Assembly: GCA_009602735.1 (NCBI GenBank)
Contig: WELA01001079.1
Coordinates: 62,001 to 126,000, forward strand
Direction of reading: 5' to 3'
Length of the DNA stretch: 64,000 nucleotides
DNA from: Mesotaenium endlicherianum
Taxonomy: Eukaryota
Of the stretch, positions 1 to 12,065 are shown one piece after another (within the stretch, counting starts at the first letter, position 1; each line of letters opens with the position of its first letter). Below the pieces are notes generated by a model. That model was not told the origin of the DNA, searched no databases, and saw only the letters and a list, made by a program, of their open reading frames with translations. Position numbers and translations under genes: made by a program.

Positions 1-30
1 TTCTTAACTTGCAGGCTCGACAAAAGATAG

Positions 31-1311
31 TTACTTGTGGTCGTATCTACCTCCACCTGTTTCGCTGTCTACATTTGACCCTTGGACCTTCACTTGTCTT
101 GTGCTCCAGTGCACATGAGCGTTGGCTTTCCTCAGCCATGGTCGGCCCAATATCACCTCATCGTGACCCAACTCTGCCTGCTCAATAACTTCCTCACTCT
201 GGTGCCCCGCTACTTCCACGTGAATAGCTTTCGTAGTGCACCACACTTGAGTCTCTGCCCATTCGCCAAAATTGCCTCCTTAGGCTCACAATACTTCTGC
301 ACAGGGACTCCCCCCTCTTTCACGAGCTTCTTGTGCATTGTCGACCATACACTTCGCCTTGTTGCCGTCGACTACTTCTTCCACAATGATAGGCTTGTCA
401 ACGTCTCGTCCTTTGCTTCCCGGCAGGCTTCGTGGGATAGCCTCCTTGTGAGTTCTCGTCTTCACGCCAGTAGACACCCCAGAACGACTTACTGGCGTCC
501 TCCTTTTTCGTGCTGTTGAGGTTGCTTCGCCTTCACATGACAGTCTCGAGCCAGATGTCCAAGCTTGCCGCAATGATAGCACGGTCTTCTTGACTTGATA
601 TTCTGCTGCCTGGGCTGGTACTGAACAAGTCCCAACTCCATAGGTACTGGACCTTGAACATTTGTGCTTGGCGCTTGAGGTCTGAAATGTCGATATCCTC
701 CAGAGTTGTGGCGGCCCCATTGCCTCTGACTATACTCCACAGCGTCGACCCTCGTTGCCAACGCCATCATTTCTCCAAGACTAGTAGGGTCCTTGAGCGC
801 CATTCTTTGGCCACAGTTGGTTTGAGTCCTCTCTTGAACTTGTCCATCATCTCCGACTCGTGCATAGATGGACATTGAAGTACCACCTCGTTGAAGCGCG
901 AAACATACTCCTGAACGCTTCTTCGTTGACGAAGGCGCACCACTAGATCTCGAGCGGTAGCCTTGGGTGCAATAGGTTGAAATTGCCTCTTCAAGCCTTC
1001 AACTAGCTAATCAACTGTCGCTCATACCAAGCTCCTGCACTCTTTTACAGCAAAGATATGACAAAGGCGACTTGCCTGTCGGGCGTGAGCGCAAAATATT
1101 CCATAAACTTCTTCACTCCAAAAATCCATTTATGAACAGGCGGCGATCCACGCTCTCCAATATATGTTTCACGCTTAGGCGCACGCACTCTTAATGTGGG
1201 TGGACTAACTGGTTGCACCACTGGGTTACCATAAACAGCTGCAGGTGCCAAACCCTCCTCCAATACTAGATGAAAGGGGCAGAGTGCCCTAGTGGAAGCG
1301 TAGTAACTCAC
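31..1311 (-). pseudogene. gag: Fragmented gag with CCHC zinc knuckle and aspartic protease C-terminus
   Basis: ORF pieces read LRQRRSVQEYVSRF (retrotransposon gag), GPVPMELG, CYHCGKLGHLARDC and ILGRPWLRKANAHVHW. They are split by stops and frameshifts. Confidence 0.85.
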
Positions 1312-1983
1312 GAGGAAAGGAAGTAGTTGCTATCATACTAAAGAGTGCAGCGGCATATCACTAAGAAAGCTTGAAAATTACTCAACATTTTCAGTAGCAA
1401 AAAACTGCTCACAAATGATGTAGGATAAAAGGCCTTGTCATTACAAATCCGTCAAAAAATACAGAAGTGTAAACTGATGAGAAATGAAGTAATTATGCCT
1501 ATTTATAATTTTCTGACCTAAGTCCTATTCTCTAGACGGGAGCGCCGTTTAGCAACGGAATTATTCAAGTGTTTGTCAAATCATCCCCTCCAAAATACTC
1601 ATAAGTAAGCTAGGTCAGTCTCATCTGACGTGTCGGGTCGATTTGACGTCCACATGCATGCATCTAGAATATACTAACTTAGGCGCGCTAGTCTAAACCG
1701 AAATTTCTAGGAAAATCGACTTAGTTGACACATCGCGTCAGCCAAACTTACGTGAAGGTTCGGGTTCACTCTAACGGGCCAGATCGCTTGTCGCTGTCGG
1801 TCAATCCGACGGTTGCGCTCACCGCAAATTAAGGACAGTCTACAACCGATCTCAAAACTGATTAAACTTTAAAAATCCATAAATCTCTCAACACTCGACC
1901 AAATTTGATGAACTTTATATCAAAATGACCACAAACATGCACTCCAAAAAACTATACAATCAAAACATACTTTCATGAAACTC
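1271..1983 (-). repeat. Family B 5' LTR, missing ~30 bp at its outer end
   Basis: On the minus strand it ends ...CCCCTTTCA. It aligns by eye along its length with 5927-6671 and ~2482-3160. Confidence 0.85.
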
Positions 1984-2130
1984 ATATATGCACTGTACAA
2001 ACCAATGACCGTACTGGAGGTAATGCTGCAGGTAGCTCCTCAGATATAACGCACTTGAACTCCTCTGAAATAACTCGATTTACCAATACGCGGATAACAT
2101 TCAATGAAAGATCTTTTGATTTTGAAACCA
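1984..2130 (-). pseudogene. Short Gypsy pol fragment (protease-RT linker)
   Basis: VISEEFKCVISEELPAALPPVRSL resembles the Gypsy 'f.dvf.eelP.gLPP.R' linker. Confidence 0.5.
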
Positions 2131-3249
2131 TGTAGTGAAACACATAGATGAAGTACATCGTAAAATAAAACACTTTGTCCATACAGGACACGTAACTTTG
2201 AACACTAGTGGTAGCTTCTTGAAATAGAGATGGCTTCATGAGAGTTAGTACATTTTTGGAATTTGGCAAGTACAAAAGTGGTTCGAGAAGGCTTGTCTAT
2301 GCTCTAGCTCTTGTTTATATACTTGCTACGTACGAAATTTTTTGGAAGGTGTATGTTTGATGTGTTGGCACCCAACACATCCAAAAACTTGCCACTTCTT
2401 TCTACAATAATGTACACATGTCCATTTGACCTAAAGATGGCATGTTTGACTTTCGCCACATGGAGCTATTCTAGGTCTGTCTCAAAGGGGCGGAGTGCCA
2501 TAGTGGAAGCGTAGTGACTCACGAGGAACAAAGGCAGTAGCAATCATACTAAAGAGGGTAGTGGCATATCACTAAGAAAGCTTAGGAAAATTACTTAGCG
2601 TATTGAGTAGCAAAAAAGTGCTCACTAATAATATAGAATGGAAGGCCTTGTCGTTACAAACTCGTTGAAATTAGTTAAAAATGAAAACTCCTAAGAAACA
2701 AAGAAGTTATGCCTATTCACAGTTTTTTGCCTAAGTGCTTCTCTCCAGGAGGAAACCACGAACTTTCCTTAGTGTTTGTTAGTTTGTCCCCTCTTGAATA
2801 TTTGAGAGTAGGCCAGATCAGTCTCATCTGACCTGTCGGGCCGATTTGATGTCCACATACAGGCATCAACATTACTAGAATATTCTATCTTAGGCGCGCT
2901 AGGCTAAATCGAAGCTTCAAGGTAAATTGACCTAGTCGGCACACCGCGTCAGCCAAACTTACGTGAAGGTACGACTTCACTCTAACGGGCCAAATCGCTT
3001 GACGCTGTCGGTCAATCCGACGGTAGCGCTCACCGCGTATTGAGGACAGTCGTCAACCGACCTCAAAACTAATTAAACTCAGGAATCCGTTACTCTCTCA
3101 ATACTTAATCAAATTTGATGAACTTTGTATCAAGATGCACTCTAGACTTCTATGCAATCAAACCAAGTCACTAGAATCCACACAAAATTACTTCAAAAAT
3201 ACTCAAAAGTATAAAAAATAACGGACATACTGTAACCTATATCACTACA
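2131..3249 (-). repeat. Composite LTR: family A ends enclosing ~680 bp of family B LTR sequence
   Basis: 2131-2480 and ~3160-3249 match LTR A (4174-4657). About 2482-3160 matches LTR B. Confidence 0.8.
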
Positions 3250-4173
3250 TCACTCCCCAGACAACGTTTCCGCGCGTCAAGTGAAGTCTTACACACGTAA
3301 AGAATACTAGTCAAAGATTGAAGTCAGGTGCCACAAATGTAAAGAAGACCAGTCAAAGGCTTCAAATGAGGTGCACATATGTAACGTAGACTAGGCAAGG
3401 TCGTGGGTGGTGTGACCTTATTGGCTAGCCTAATCCCTGATGATAAGGAAAATTGTACAAGTTGGCCCAAAATCTGCGCTGTATTCAGAAATTCATAACG
3501 TCCAGAGAAATGCCCTAAATCTGAAAAATCTAACGCTATACAGAGCGCGTCAGAGATATCTAACAGGTGACCAAATTTCAGAGCATTCCATTTTTTAGTG
3601 TGTCGTCCAGAGCAGAGAGAGTAGGCTCTTCTGCAAACATGTGCAGAAACTTATGCAAATAATAACGCCTACTATACTCCTTGAATCTCTGCAAAATTAG
3701 TCTCTAAATAGGCACAGCCATGTGTTCTACAATAGTCTTGACTTTCAGAGCATTCGATGTTCTGGGGAGGGCACAATGTCAGAGGGCGTATTGTGCTCTA
3801 ATAATGCCAGTACCTTGACCCCCTTGTATTCAGAGATTTCTATCTTTTCAATAACAGCTTCCAATTGAGCAAACTTAATTTCAAAAGAACCACCTACTCA
3901 TGGACTAGAGCCAAATGAAATTTTAGAATTGAATATGCATAGACCTAGCAACAGTAAATTTTTAGGTTTTTTATCCACAAATTACGAGAAGAGTGTCTAA
4001 TGTCAATTTTTTCTCTTTCTGGTTCTTGCAGGCTGTCTTGAAGGGGCATTCTCCTACTTCAAAGTGCCTCCCTGAAGTCATTTGGCTTGAAAGAGAGAGG
4101 CTTAGGGCTAGTCTAAGATGGAGGTTGGCATCATGGAAGCGTCTCAGCCTTCGCTGAACTTTGACAAGGGAGT
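2131..4173 (-). mobile_element. Family A chromovirus 3' fragment (chromodomain tail, 3' UTR, PPT, composite LTR)
   Basis: LVKVQRRLRRFHDAN matches the end of the chromodomain ORF 5424-5897. 3250-4170 parallels 4658-5600. The LTR runs TGTAGTG...CACTACA. Confidence 0.85.
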
Positions 4174-4657
4174 TGTAGTGAAACAGATAGATAAAGTACT
4201 TAGTGAAATATAGTACTTTATCTGTTAAAGACAAGGATCTTCGAACACAAGTGGTAGCTTCTTGAATGAGAGATGGCTTCTTGAAAGTTAATGTATTTCT
4301 GGAGTTTGGCACGTACACGAGTAATTATCGAATGTCTTTCTATATACTTGCTACATAACTGATTTCTAGGAAGGTGTATGTTGATGTGTTGGCACCTAAC
4401 ACATCCCAAAAGTTGCCACCTCTTTCTAGAATAATGTACACATGTTCTTTTGACCTAAAAATGGCACATTTGACTTTTGCCACGTGGAGTTCTTCTAGGT
4501 TCTTCCTCTAACTTCGAAAATGCCTTAGAGGTTCAAAAGACATGAACCAAATCACTAGAGTATCTATTCACACTTGACTCCACACAATACTACTTCAAAT
4601 ATATTCAAAAGCATTAAAGTATATGCAAACTAATATATTTTAATTGAAATTACTACA
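4174..4657 (-). repeat. Family A 3' LTR (484 bp)
   Basis: Termini TGTAGTG...TTACTACA with an adjacent PPT. Closely similar to 18317-18819. Confidence 0.9.
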
Positions 4658-5423
4658 TCACCCCCCCGACTGAAAAAGCGACGTCTCGGCGCGTTAAGTG
4701 AGGTCTTACACATGTGGAGCAGACTAGTCAACAGCTTCAAGTGACATGCCACACATGTGAACAAGATTAGTCCAAGGCGCCAAGTTAGGTGCTAAACATG
4801 TAAGGTAGACTAGGCAAGGTCGTGGGTGGTGTGACCTCATTGGCTAGCCTACTCCTTGGTTATAATGAAAATTGTACAAGTTGGCCCAGCATCTGCCACG
4901 AATTCAAAAAATCATAGCGTCCACCAAATTGCTCCAAATCTGAAGGTTTGAAAGCCAAACGGAACGCGTCGGAGAACTCTACCGGGTCACCAAATTTGAA
5001 AGCATTCTAATCTGTGGAGTGTCGTTGACAGCTAAGAGAGTAGGCACTCCAAATTTGTTCAGAAACTTCTGGAAATCATAAGTCCTTCTATACTTCTCCA
5101 AATTTTGCAAACTAAGTTTCAAACTGGGCGGTGTAAGATGTTTTACCAGATTCTTGAGTTTCAGAGCATTCCAAGTTTAAGGGAGGGCACAATGTCAGAA
5201 GGCATGTTCTGCTCTAATAATGCCAGCAGCCTGACCCCCTTCTATTTAGAGCATCACTTCTCTCCCACCAACGCTCCAAATTGAGCAAACTTGAACTCTA
5301 AATGATTGGCAACTTATGGACTACAGCCACATAATTTTTCAGAATTTATTATGCTGAGACCTACGACCAGTAGCGGTTTTAGTGTTCTGTCCAGGAACTG
5401 CAAGAAGAGAAGAGCGTCTAATG

Positions 5424-7255
5424 TCAATTTTTCCTCTTTCTTGTTCTTGCAGGCGGCCTCCAAGGGGTCTTCTGTTGCTTCTTGATGGTGGCAGGCAGCC
5501 TCCTTGAAGTCTTTGGGCTTCTAGTAGAGAGACTTGGGGCTGGTCCAAGATGGGGGTTGGCGGCATGGAAGCGCTTCAACTTTCTCTGAACTTTGTCAAG
5601 GTAGTGCGCTGCCACCCAACTATTCTCCGAATCTGGATATCCTTTCCACTTGATCAAGTATTGCTGGTGTCTGTTGAAAGTTCTCATAGCCACTATGTCT
5701 TCCACTTCGTACTCCATATGATCATCCACTATTGTTGGGGCTGGTGGGGTTGTCACACGTCCTGGGAACTTGTTGTCGGGTTGCACATATGGCTTCATGA
5801 GGGAAGCGTAGAATACGGGGTCGATGTGCATAGTCTGGGGAAGTTCTAGCTTGAAAGCAACGGGGTTGACTTGCTGGATAATCTTGAAGGGTCCCAAACA
5901 CTTGGGAGAGAACTTGCTGCCAGCAGTGTAAGGTCATAGGTTTATAAAGTGCAGTTTTGAGTTTCATGAAAGTATGTTTTGATTGTAAAATAGTGTAGAA
6001 TGCATTTTTGTGGTCATTTTGGTATAAAAGTTCATTGAATTTGGTCAAGTATTAAAAGAGTTACGAATTTCTGAAGTTTATTTTGTTTTGAGGTCGGTTG
6101 ACAACTGTCCTTAATTTGTGGTGAGCGCGACCGTCGGATTGACCGACAGCGTCGAGCGATCTGGCCCGTTAGAATGAACTCGAACCTTCACGTAAGTTCG
6201 GCTGGCGCAGAGTGCCGACTAGGTCGATTTACCTAAAAGTTTCGGTTTAGCCTAGCGCGTCTAAGACAGAAATATTCTAGTAATGTCGATGCATGTATGT
6301 GGACATCAATTCGGCCCGACACGTCAGATTAGACTTATCTGGCTTACTCAGGAATATTCTGGAAGGGACGATTTGACGAACACTTAGGAAAATCCGTAGC
6401 TTCCTCCTAGGGAGGAGCACTTAGGCAGAAAATTATAAATAGGCATAACTTGTTTGTTTCTTATCAGTTTTCAATTCTGTCAATTTCTACGGGTTTGTAA
6501 TACAAGGCCTTTCATCCTACATCATTTGTGAGCAGTTTCTTGCTACTCAAAATGTTGAGTATTTTTCCTAAGCTTTGTTAGTGATATGCCGCTGCACTCT
6601 CTAGTATGATGACAACTAGTTCCTTTCCTCGTGAGTCACTACGCTTCCACTAGGGCACTTTGCCCCTTTCAAGCAGGCCTATTGTTTGGGGAAATATTTT
6701 TGGATGATAGTAACACGTTGTCACCCACTCTGTACGTAATTTGTCTTCTGGACCTGTTTGCGATTCTTGCTTGAGCATCTTGCGCCTGTTGTAGAGCTTT
6801 CTTCGCTGCTGTAGGGCCGCTTCTAATGTCTCCATAAAATCAGTTGCTGCAGGTACTTCATCATGGTCAACCGTGAAGCTCAGCGGCGTGGGGAGATGGA
6901 AGTTGAGGAAGAATGGGGACTCTTGGTTGAGGCCTGCGTCGTGTTGTTGTAGGCAAACTCCAGGGGGGTCAAGTATATGTCCCAATTTTGCTCCAGAGTA
7001 GGCACGTAGGCCCTTAGAGAGGTCTTTAGAGTACGATGCATACAATCGGTTTGCCCATCTGATTGCGAGTGATAGGCAGTGGACATATCCAGCGATGTAC
7101 CCAAGTTCTTGAAGAGATTTTTCCACAAATGGCTTGTGAATCTTGGATCTCTATCCGACACAATTCTTGATGGTAGTCCATGGAGTCGGAAGATGTTGTC
7201 AAAGATGAGTCTTGCAAGTTGTGGTGCTGTAACCTTAGTCGTCGTTGGAATAAAA
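5424..7255 (-). pseudogene. pol: Integrase (rve core, GPY/F) with C-terminal chromodomain, interrupted by a solo LTR
   Basis: SDRDPRFTS...STAYHSQSDGQTD, GPFKII...AFKLELP and YEVEDIV...YLIKWKGYPDSENSWV. Confidence 0.92.
5927..6671 (+). mobile_element. Family B solo LTR (745 bp) with 5-bp TSD
   Basis: TGTAAGG...CCTTTCA flanked by AGCAG at 5922-5926 and 6672-6676. The integrase sequence resumes on both sides. Confidence 0.95.
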
Positions 7256-7960
7256 TGTAATGAATCAGTATATTGGTTGACATAATATTCATTAAATAAT
7301 ATAGTTAAATATGTTCAGCCTGCTGAACTCTGATTTAATAATCAGTCTTTATATTTAACATCAGTTTAATGACTCAGGCGAAAGAAGCAGGCTGAAGTGA
7401 GCTTAAGTCAGCTTGCTGACACATTCTTTGACAGCCAGCAGACTTCCGTACTCGGTAGCAGCAAACTGCCTCGATATGCATCTAAGTGTGGTATGCTAGA
7501 TGGATGGCCAGATGACATCCCTATGATGGATGGCGATTCGGGATGATGGGAGGTGGCGGTGGATTTGGTTAACCGAGGTCCTACCAACGTGGTTAACTCC
7601 CGGGTAGGCGGTGCCATCGCACTGGCCGTTGAATAGTAAACTCATTCCATGTACATATGCTAGGCATTGCTTTCGAGTTCTGCATTAAGAAACGAGGCCA
7701 ACTCTCTTGTACAGCTTACACAGAGAGATCTGAATCCAAGGCAAGAAGCCATTGATACGCACTGTCTTCTACCTTTGCTTATGTATGAGTATACTGATTC
7801 GCATTATTGATGCTAATTTACTTAAATTTGACTTACGAATATTATTCCCTGCTAGTGTGTTGTCCTTTGCCGTTTAACCAGTTAACGGAAAATACCATAA
7901 AGATTACTTGCTGATATAAAGATCTTTGTTAATTGTTGATTGCCTAGTGGATTCATTTCA
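7256..7960 (+). repeat. Family C 5' LTR
   Basis: TG...CA termini; direct repeat of 16735-17456 with scattered differences. Confidence 0.95.
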
Positions 7961-7961
7961 G

Positions 7962-7973
7962 TGATATCGGAGC
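7962..7973 (+). promoter_or_regulatory. Primer-binding site, tRNA-iMet-like
   Basis: TGATATCGGAGC lies 1 nt after the LTR; the canonical plant PBS is TGGTATCAGAGC. Confidence 0.75.
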
Positions 7974-8033
7974 AGTTGTCACAGTCTTCTTTGTAAGGTA
8001 AGGACAAGGTCTCAAACTAGCAACTCCCGAGAC

Positions 8034-11000
8034 ATGGAGAACCAGGATAACGAGAATGTCGAAAATACGGCGGAAAGCCATGTAGCAGGAACCCGTACCT
8101 ATTCTGAAGGAGTGGCAGATACTGCAGCTAGAGAGGCTGCAGATGAGGCAGCTGCTATTGCCGCAGTCGCAGCACAGCAAGCTGAGGAGGAGAGAGCCAG
8201 ATTAGAAGCTGAACAATTAGCAAAGGCCGCGAAAGATACAGAAAGGAGGAAAGGACAGCCAGCTGACGAGCGCACTGTTGAAGAACTTATGGCATCAAGG
8301 GCTGCTGCAGGAGCGAGAGGGGCTGTTGAGGACACTACTTTGCGAGTACATGCCAATGCTGCTGCTGCATTTGCTAGACTACCACCCCAGATTGTAGACT
8401 TGGGAGCATTGTTCGTTCAAATGCAGTCGCAAATGGCGACCATGTATCAGTCCCAATTGGAGGTTAAAAGAATCATAATGTCTCTACTGGGGGACAGAGA
8501 CCAATTGGGGTCTCAAACCACTAGTGGTGGTGGCCGGGGGCCTAGTAAGCCCAAGCCCAAAGCTCCCCAGGAATATGATCCTGAGGGAAACATAATATAC
8601 TTCCTGATCGAGTTTTCAGTGGCTGAAGAACTATCCAGAACTGCAAGATTACGAGAAAGTCAGGCACATTGATGCGCTACTGAAAGGCAGTGCCGCAGAC
8701 TGGTGGCTTTACTGGAAAGGAGAGCGTAAGGCTCGGCAACTCGGTGACCTTACGTGGGTAGAGTTTGTCGAGAAGTTGCATAAAAAGTTTGTTGTCATCA
8801 ACCAGCAGGAGAAAGCTATCTATGCGATGATCTCCCTGACACTGAAGCAGACCACTTCAAATGCTGAGTTTGCTCAAAAGGTCCAGGAGAACATGATGAA
8901 CCAGCCAGACTTGCCAGAACGGTATAGATAGCATACTTCAGGTATGGCTTGAAATCCGAAGTCTCTGGTCATTTCGCTGAGAAGAAGTATGAGAAACTGG
9001 CTGACTTGATCTAGGATGCTGACGCTTGGGATCAGCAACAATTTAATCACAAGCGCCAGAGTAATGCTTTGGCGTCTAAGATTGTCAAAAAGCACCACGG
9101 TTCCTACAATACAATTGAAGGAGTCCAGGCTGAGGATGATCAGGGTGATGAGTGTGAGTATGAGTACAATGCTATTTAGTCTAGAGGTAGAGGTGGTTCC
9201 TCTCGAGGTGGCTATGGAAGGGGGGTGGTAGGACTAAGCCAAGACCAGCCTCAACAAAATCAATTTCTGTTGCCAGCAGCCAGGTCACTTCAGAGAGCAG
9301 TTTTGAGTCAAGCACCTTCCTAAGGTCGAGAGAAAAGACCAGCCTTTAAAAGACGACGACAATCAGTAATCCAGTCTACTGACTGTGAGGATGCAAGAGA
9401 TAGTGAGTCGTCTCTAGCTGCCCTCGTAGCAGGTATTATGGGTCCTACTGAACTGGATTCACTATGCATGCCTGACAACCAGATAAAGGAAACCATCAGC
9501 AATATAGACTATCAGAGAGTGCACACTCTGGATGCTCTTGTTCCACCTGATGCCCAACATTTCTTTGCTAAGTCAGGAGAACAATACGAAAGTCAGGAAA
9601 AGACAGTCCCCCCTATCCTACTGCATTGCATGATTGCAGGTAGGAAGGTGAGGGCATTTGTTGACGAAGGGGCGTCACATACTTTTATCCACAAGGACTT
9701 ACTTCAGCGGCTAAGGCTGCCTACTGTCACCCAAGGAAATAGAAAGATATTCCTTGGAGATGCCTCAAGTATCTCGGGAGGAGTTATAACCAAGCCTATT
9801 GAGGTCCAGTTAGGTTCTGGCATTGCAGTTCTAATTGAAACGCTTACATTTGAGGTACTCAACACTGGCTTTTCTGATCTCGTGCTAGGCAGGTCTTGCC
9901 TAACCAGACATGAAGCTGAAGTGTGTTGGAGCAGAGGTACAATTAAAGTGTAGATGGCATATGAAGGAAAAGAAGAGGCTTCCAGAAGGATGCAAGTTGC
10001 TGAATGCAATGGAGTTCGTCAAAAGCTAGAACCAGAAGGAAGACATAATGTTCTGTCTGCTGCTAAGAGAGGTACCTCCTCAACCTGAAGAAGTGGTGGA
10101 GAAAAAGGTAAGCCCTCCGGAGCACCCTACTGCTGCAAGAATTGTTGCTCAATACACGGACGTATTTAATATGCCTCCAGGACTACTCCCTAAACGGGAA
10201 GTAGATCATAGGATTGATTTATTACCTGGTAGTCAGCCACCCTGGCAACGCACTTATGCCTTGCCTTATGTGGAGAGCTAGGAGTTGAAAACACAGATTG
10301 CAGAGCTTGAGGAAAATGGTTATACTTCTCCCAGTAAATCACCTTACGGCGCACCCATCCTATTTGTTAAGAAAAAGGATGGCAGTGTGCGGATGTGTGT
10401 GGATTAGAGAGCCCTGAACAGGATTACGATAAAGAACAAGTATGCTTTACCCAGAATCGAGGACATGCTTGATACCCTGTCTGGTGCTAAGGTGTTCAGT
10501 AAGATAGATCTCATGAGTGGTTATCATCAAATCAGAATTGCTCAAGGGGATGTTCACACGACTGCCTTCCGCACACGTTATGGACACCATGAGTTCAACG
10601 TGATGCCATTTGGACTGACTAATGCTTTTGATACCTTCATGGGTGCTATGAATGACATTTTCACACCTTATTTGGATAATTTTGTGCAAGTTTTTCTGGA
10701 TGATAGTTTAATTTTCTCTACAGACACACTGAACACTTAAAGACAATCCTAGACACTCTGAGAAAAAATCAATTATATGCTAAAATGAGTAAGTGTGATT
10801 TCTTTATGGAAACTATTCTTAGGCCACGTCGCCAGTAAGGAGGGCATCAGTGTGGATCCTAAGAAAGCAGACCATAAGGGACTGCCGAGTACCATAGTCT
10901 GTCTCTGAAGTTAGATCCTTCCTCGGGTTGGCTAACTACTATACGAGATTTATTGAGAGTTATTCCATAAAGGCGAGTAAACTGACTGACCTTACTAAGA

Positions 11001-12065
11001 AAAACATAGGGTATGTGTGGGGGGAGAGCAGCAGGCTGCCTTCCAAACTCTTAGAGATGCCCTTTGTTCTGCCCCAGTGCTAGCCGTGTATGACCCCAGC
11101 AAACCCGTGCAGGTGGTCACTGATGCCTCTGACTTTCCCATGGGTGCTATTTTGTTGCAGCCTGCTGACAAGACCACAAAGGATGGTAAGGTACGGCAGG
11201 AGTGGCACCCTGTGTTGTACAAGTCTATGAAACTTAATCCAGCAGAGATGAATTACTCAGTGCATGATAAGGAGCTGCTAGCTATCATTCATGTGCTGAA
11301 ATAGTGGAGAGCATACTTACATGGTAAAGCCTTTAAGGTGATTACAGATCATCTAGCTCTGACCCACTTTCAGAAAAAGTCTAAGCTGTCGAGGAGGGAG
11401 AACCGCTGGAGCCAGATGCTGGAGCAGTTCTAAGTCCAGATCGACTAAAAACCAGGGAATTTGAATCCTGCTGATGCACTCTCTAGAAGACTTGACTTGC
11501 AAGAAAGGAACTTTAGTCAGCATGCTGTAGATAAAGTCCTGTGTGCACTCACTTCACCAAAGGTGAAAAAGTCCTTCCTTGAACAACTTAGGAAAGCCTA
11601 CCTTTCTGACCCAACATTTGAGCCCAGCCCCACTACTGGTGTGTGTCGTGCTACTGCACTCGGGTATAAGCTCAAGGGAGGGGTCTGGGTGACTGAAACC
11701 ACTTCAGGCAGGCTGAAGCTGGTCATTCCTAATAACTTGGAAATAAGGTCTCTCTTACTGAGTCAAGCTCATGACAGTCTCCTGGGTGGACATTTGGGGC
11801 AGGCCAAAACTGTTGGCAAACTGGCAAAACATTATCATTGGGAAGGGTTGCCCCGAGAGATCTTGAAATATGTGCAGTCTTGTGATCAGTGTCAAAGACA
11901 TAAGTCTAGGCACACACCACCGGGAGGTCTCTTGCAACCGCTGCCCATCCCAACAGGACGCTGGGGAACTATATCCATGGACTGGGTGGTCACACTACCA
12001 CGAACGGCTNAGAACTGCCAACGAGCATGATTCAATACTGGTAGTCGTGGATAAACTGACAAAAA
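8034..12065 (+). pseudogene. pol: Family C gag-protease-RT-RNase H with multiple stops and frameshifts
   Basis: AFVDEGASHTFI (protease); [24 protein letters not shown] and [10 protein letters not shown] (RT); VVTDASDFPMGAIL and NYSVHDKELLAII (RNase H). Confidence 0.93.

Larger units (their letters stand above)
1..1983 (-). mobile_element. Ty3/Gypsy LTR retrotransposon family B, 5' part (LTR, gag, protease remnant); runs off the window start
   Basis: LTR 1271-1983 matches the reverse complement of the solo LTR at 5927-6671. It is followed on the minus strand by a degenerate PBS (TAGTATTGGAG) and gag fragments. Confidence 0.85.
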
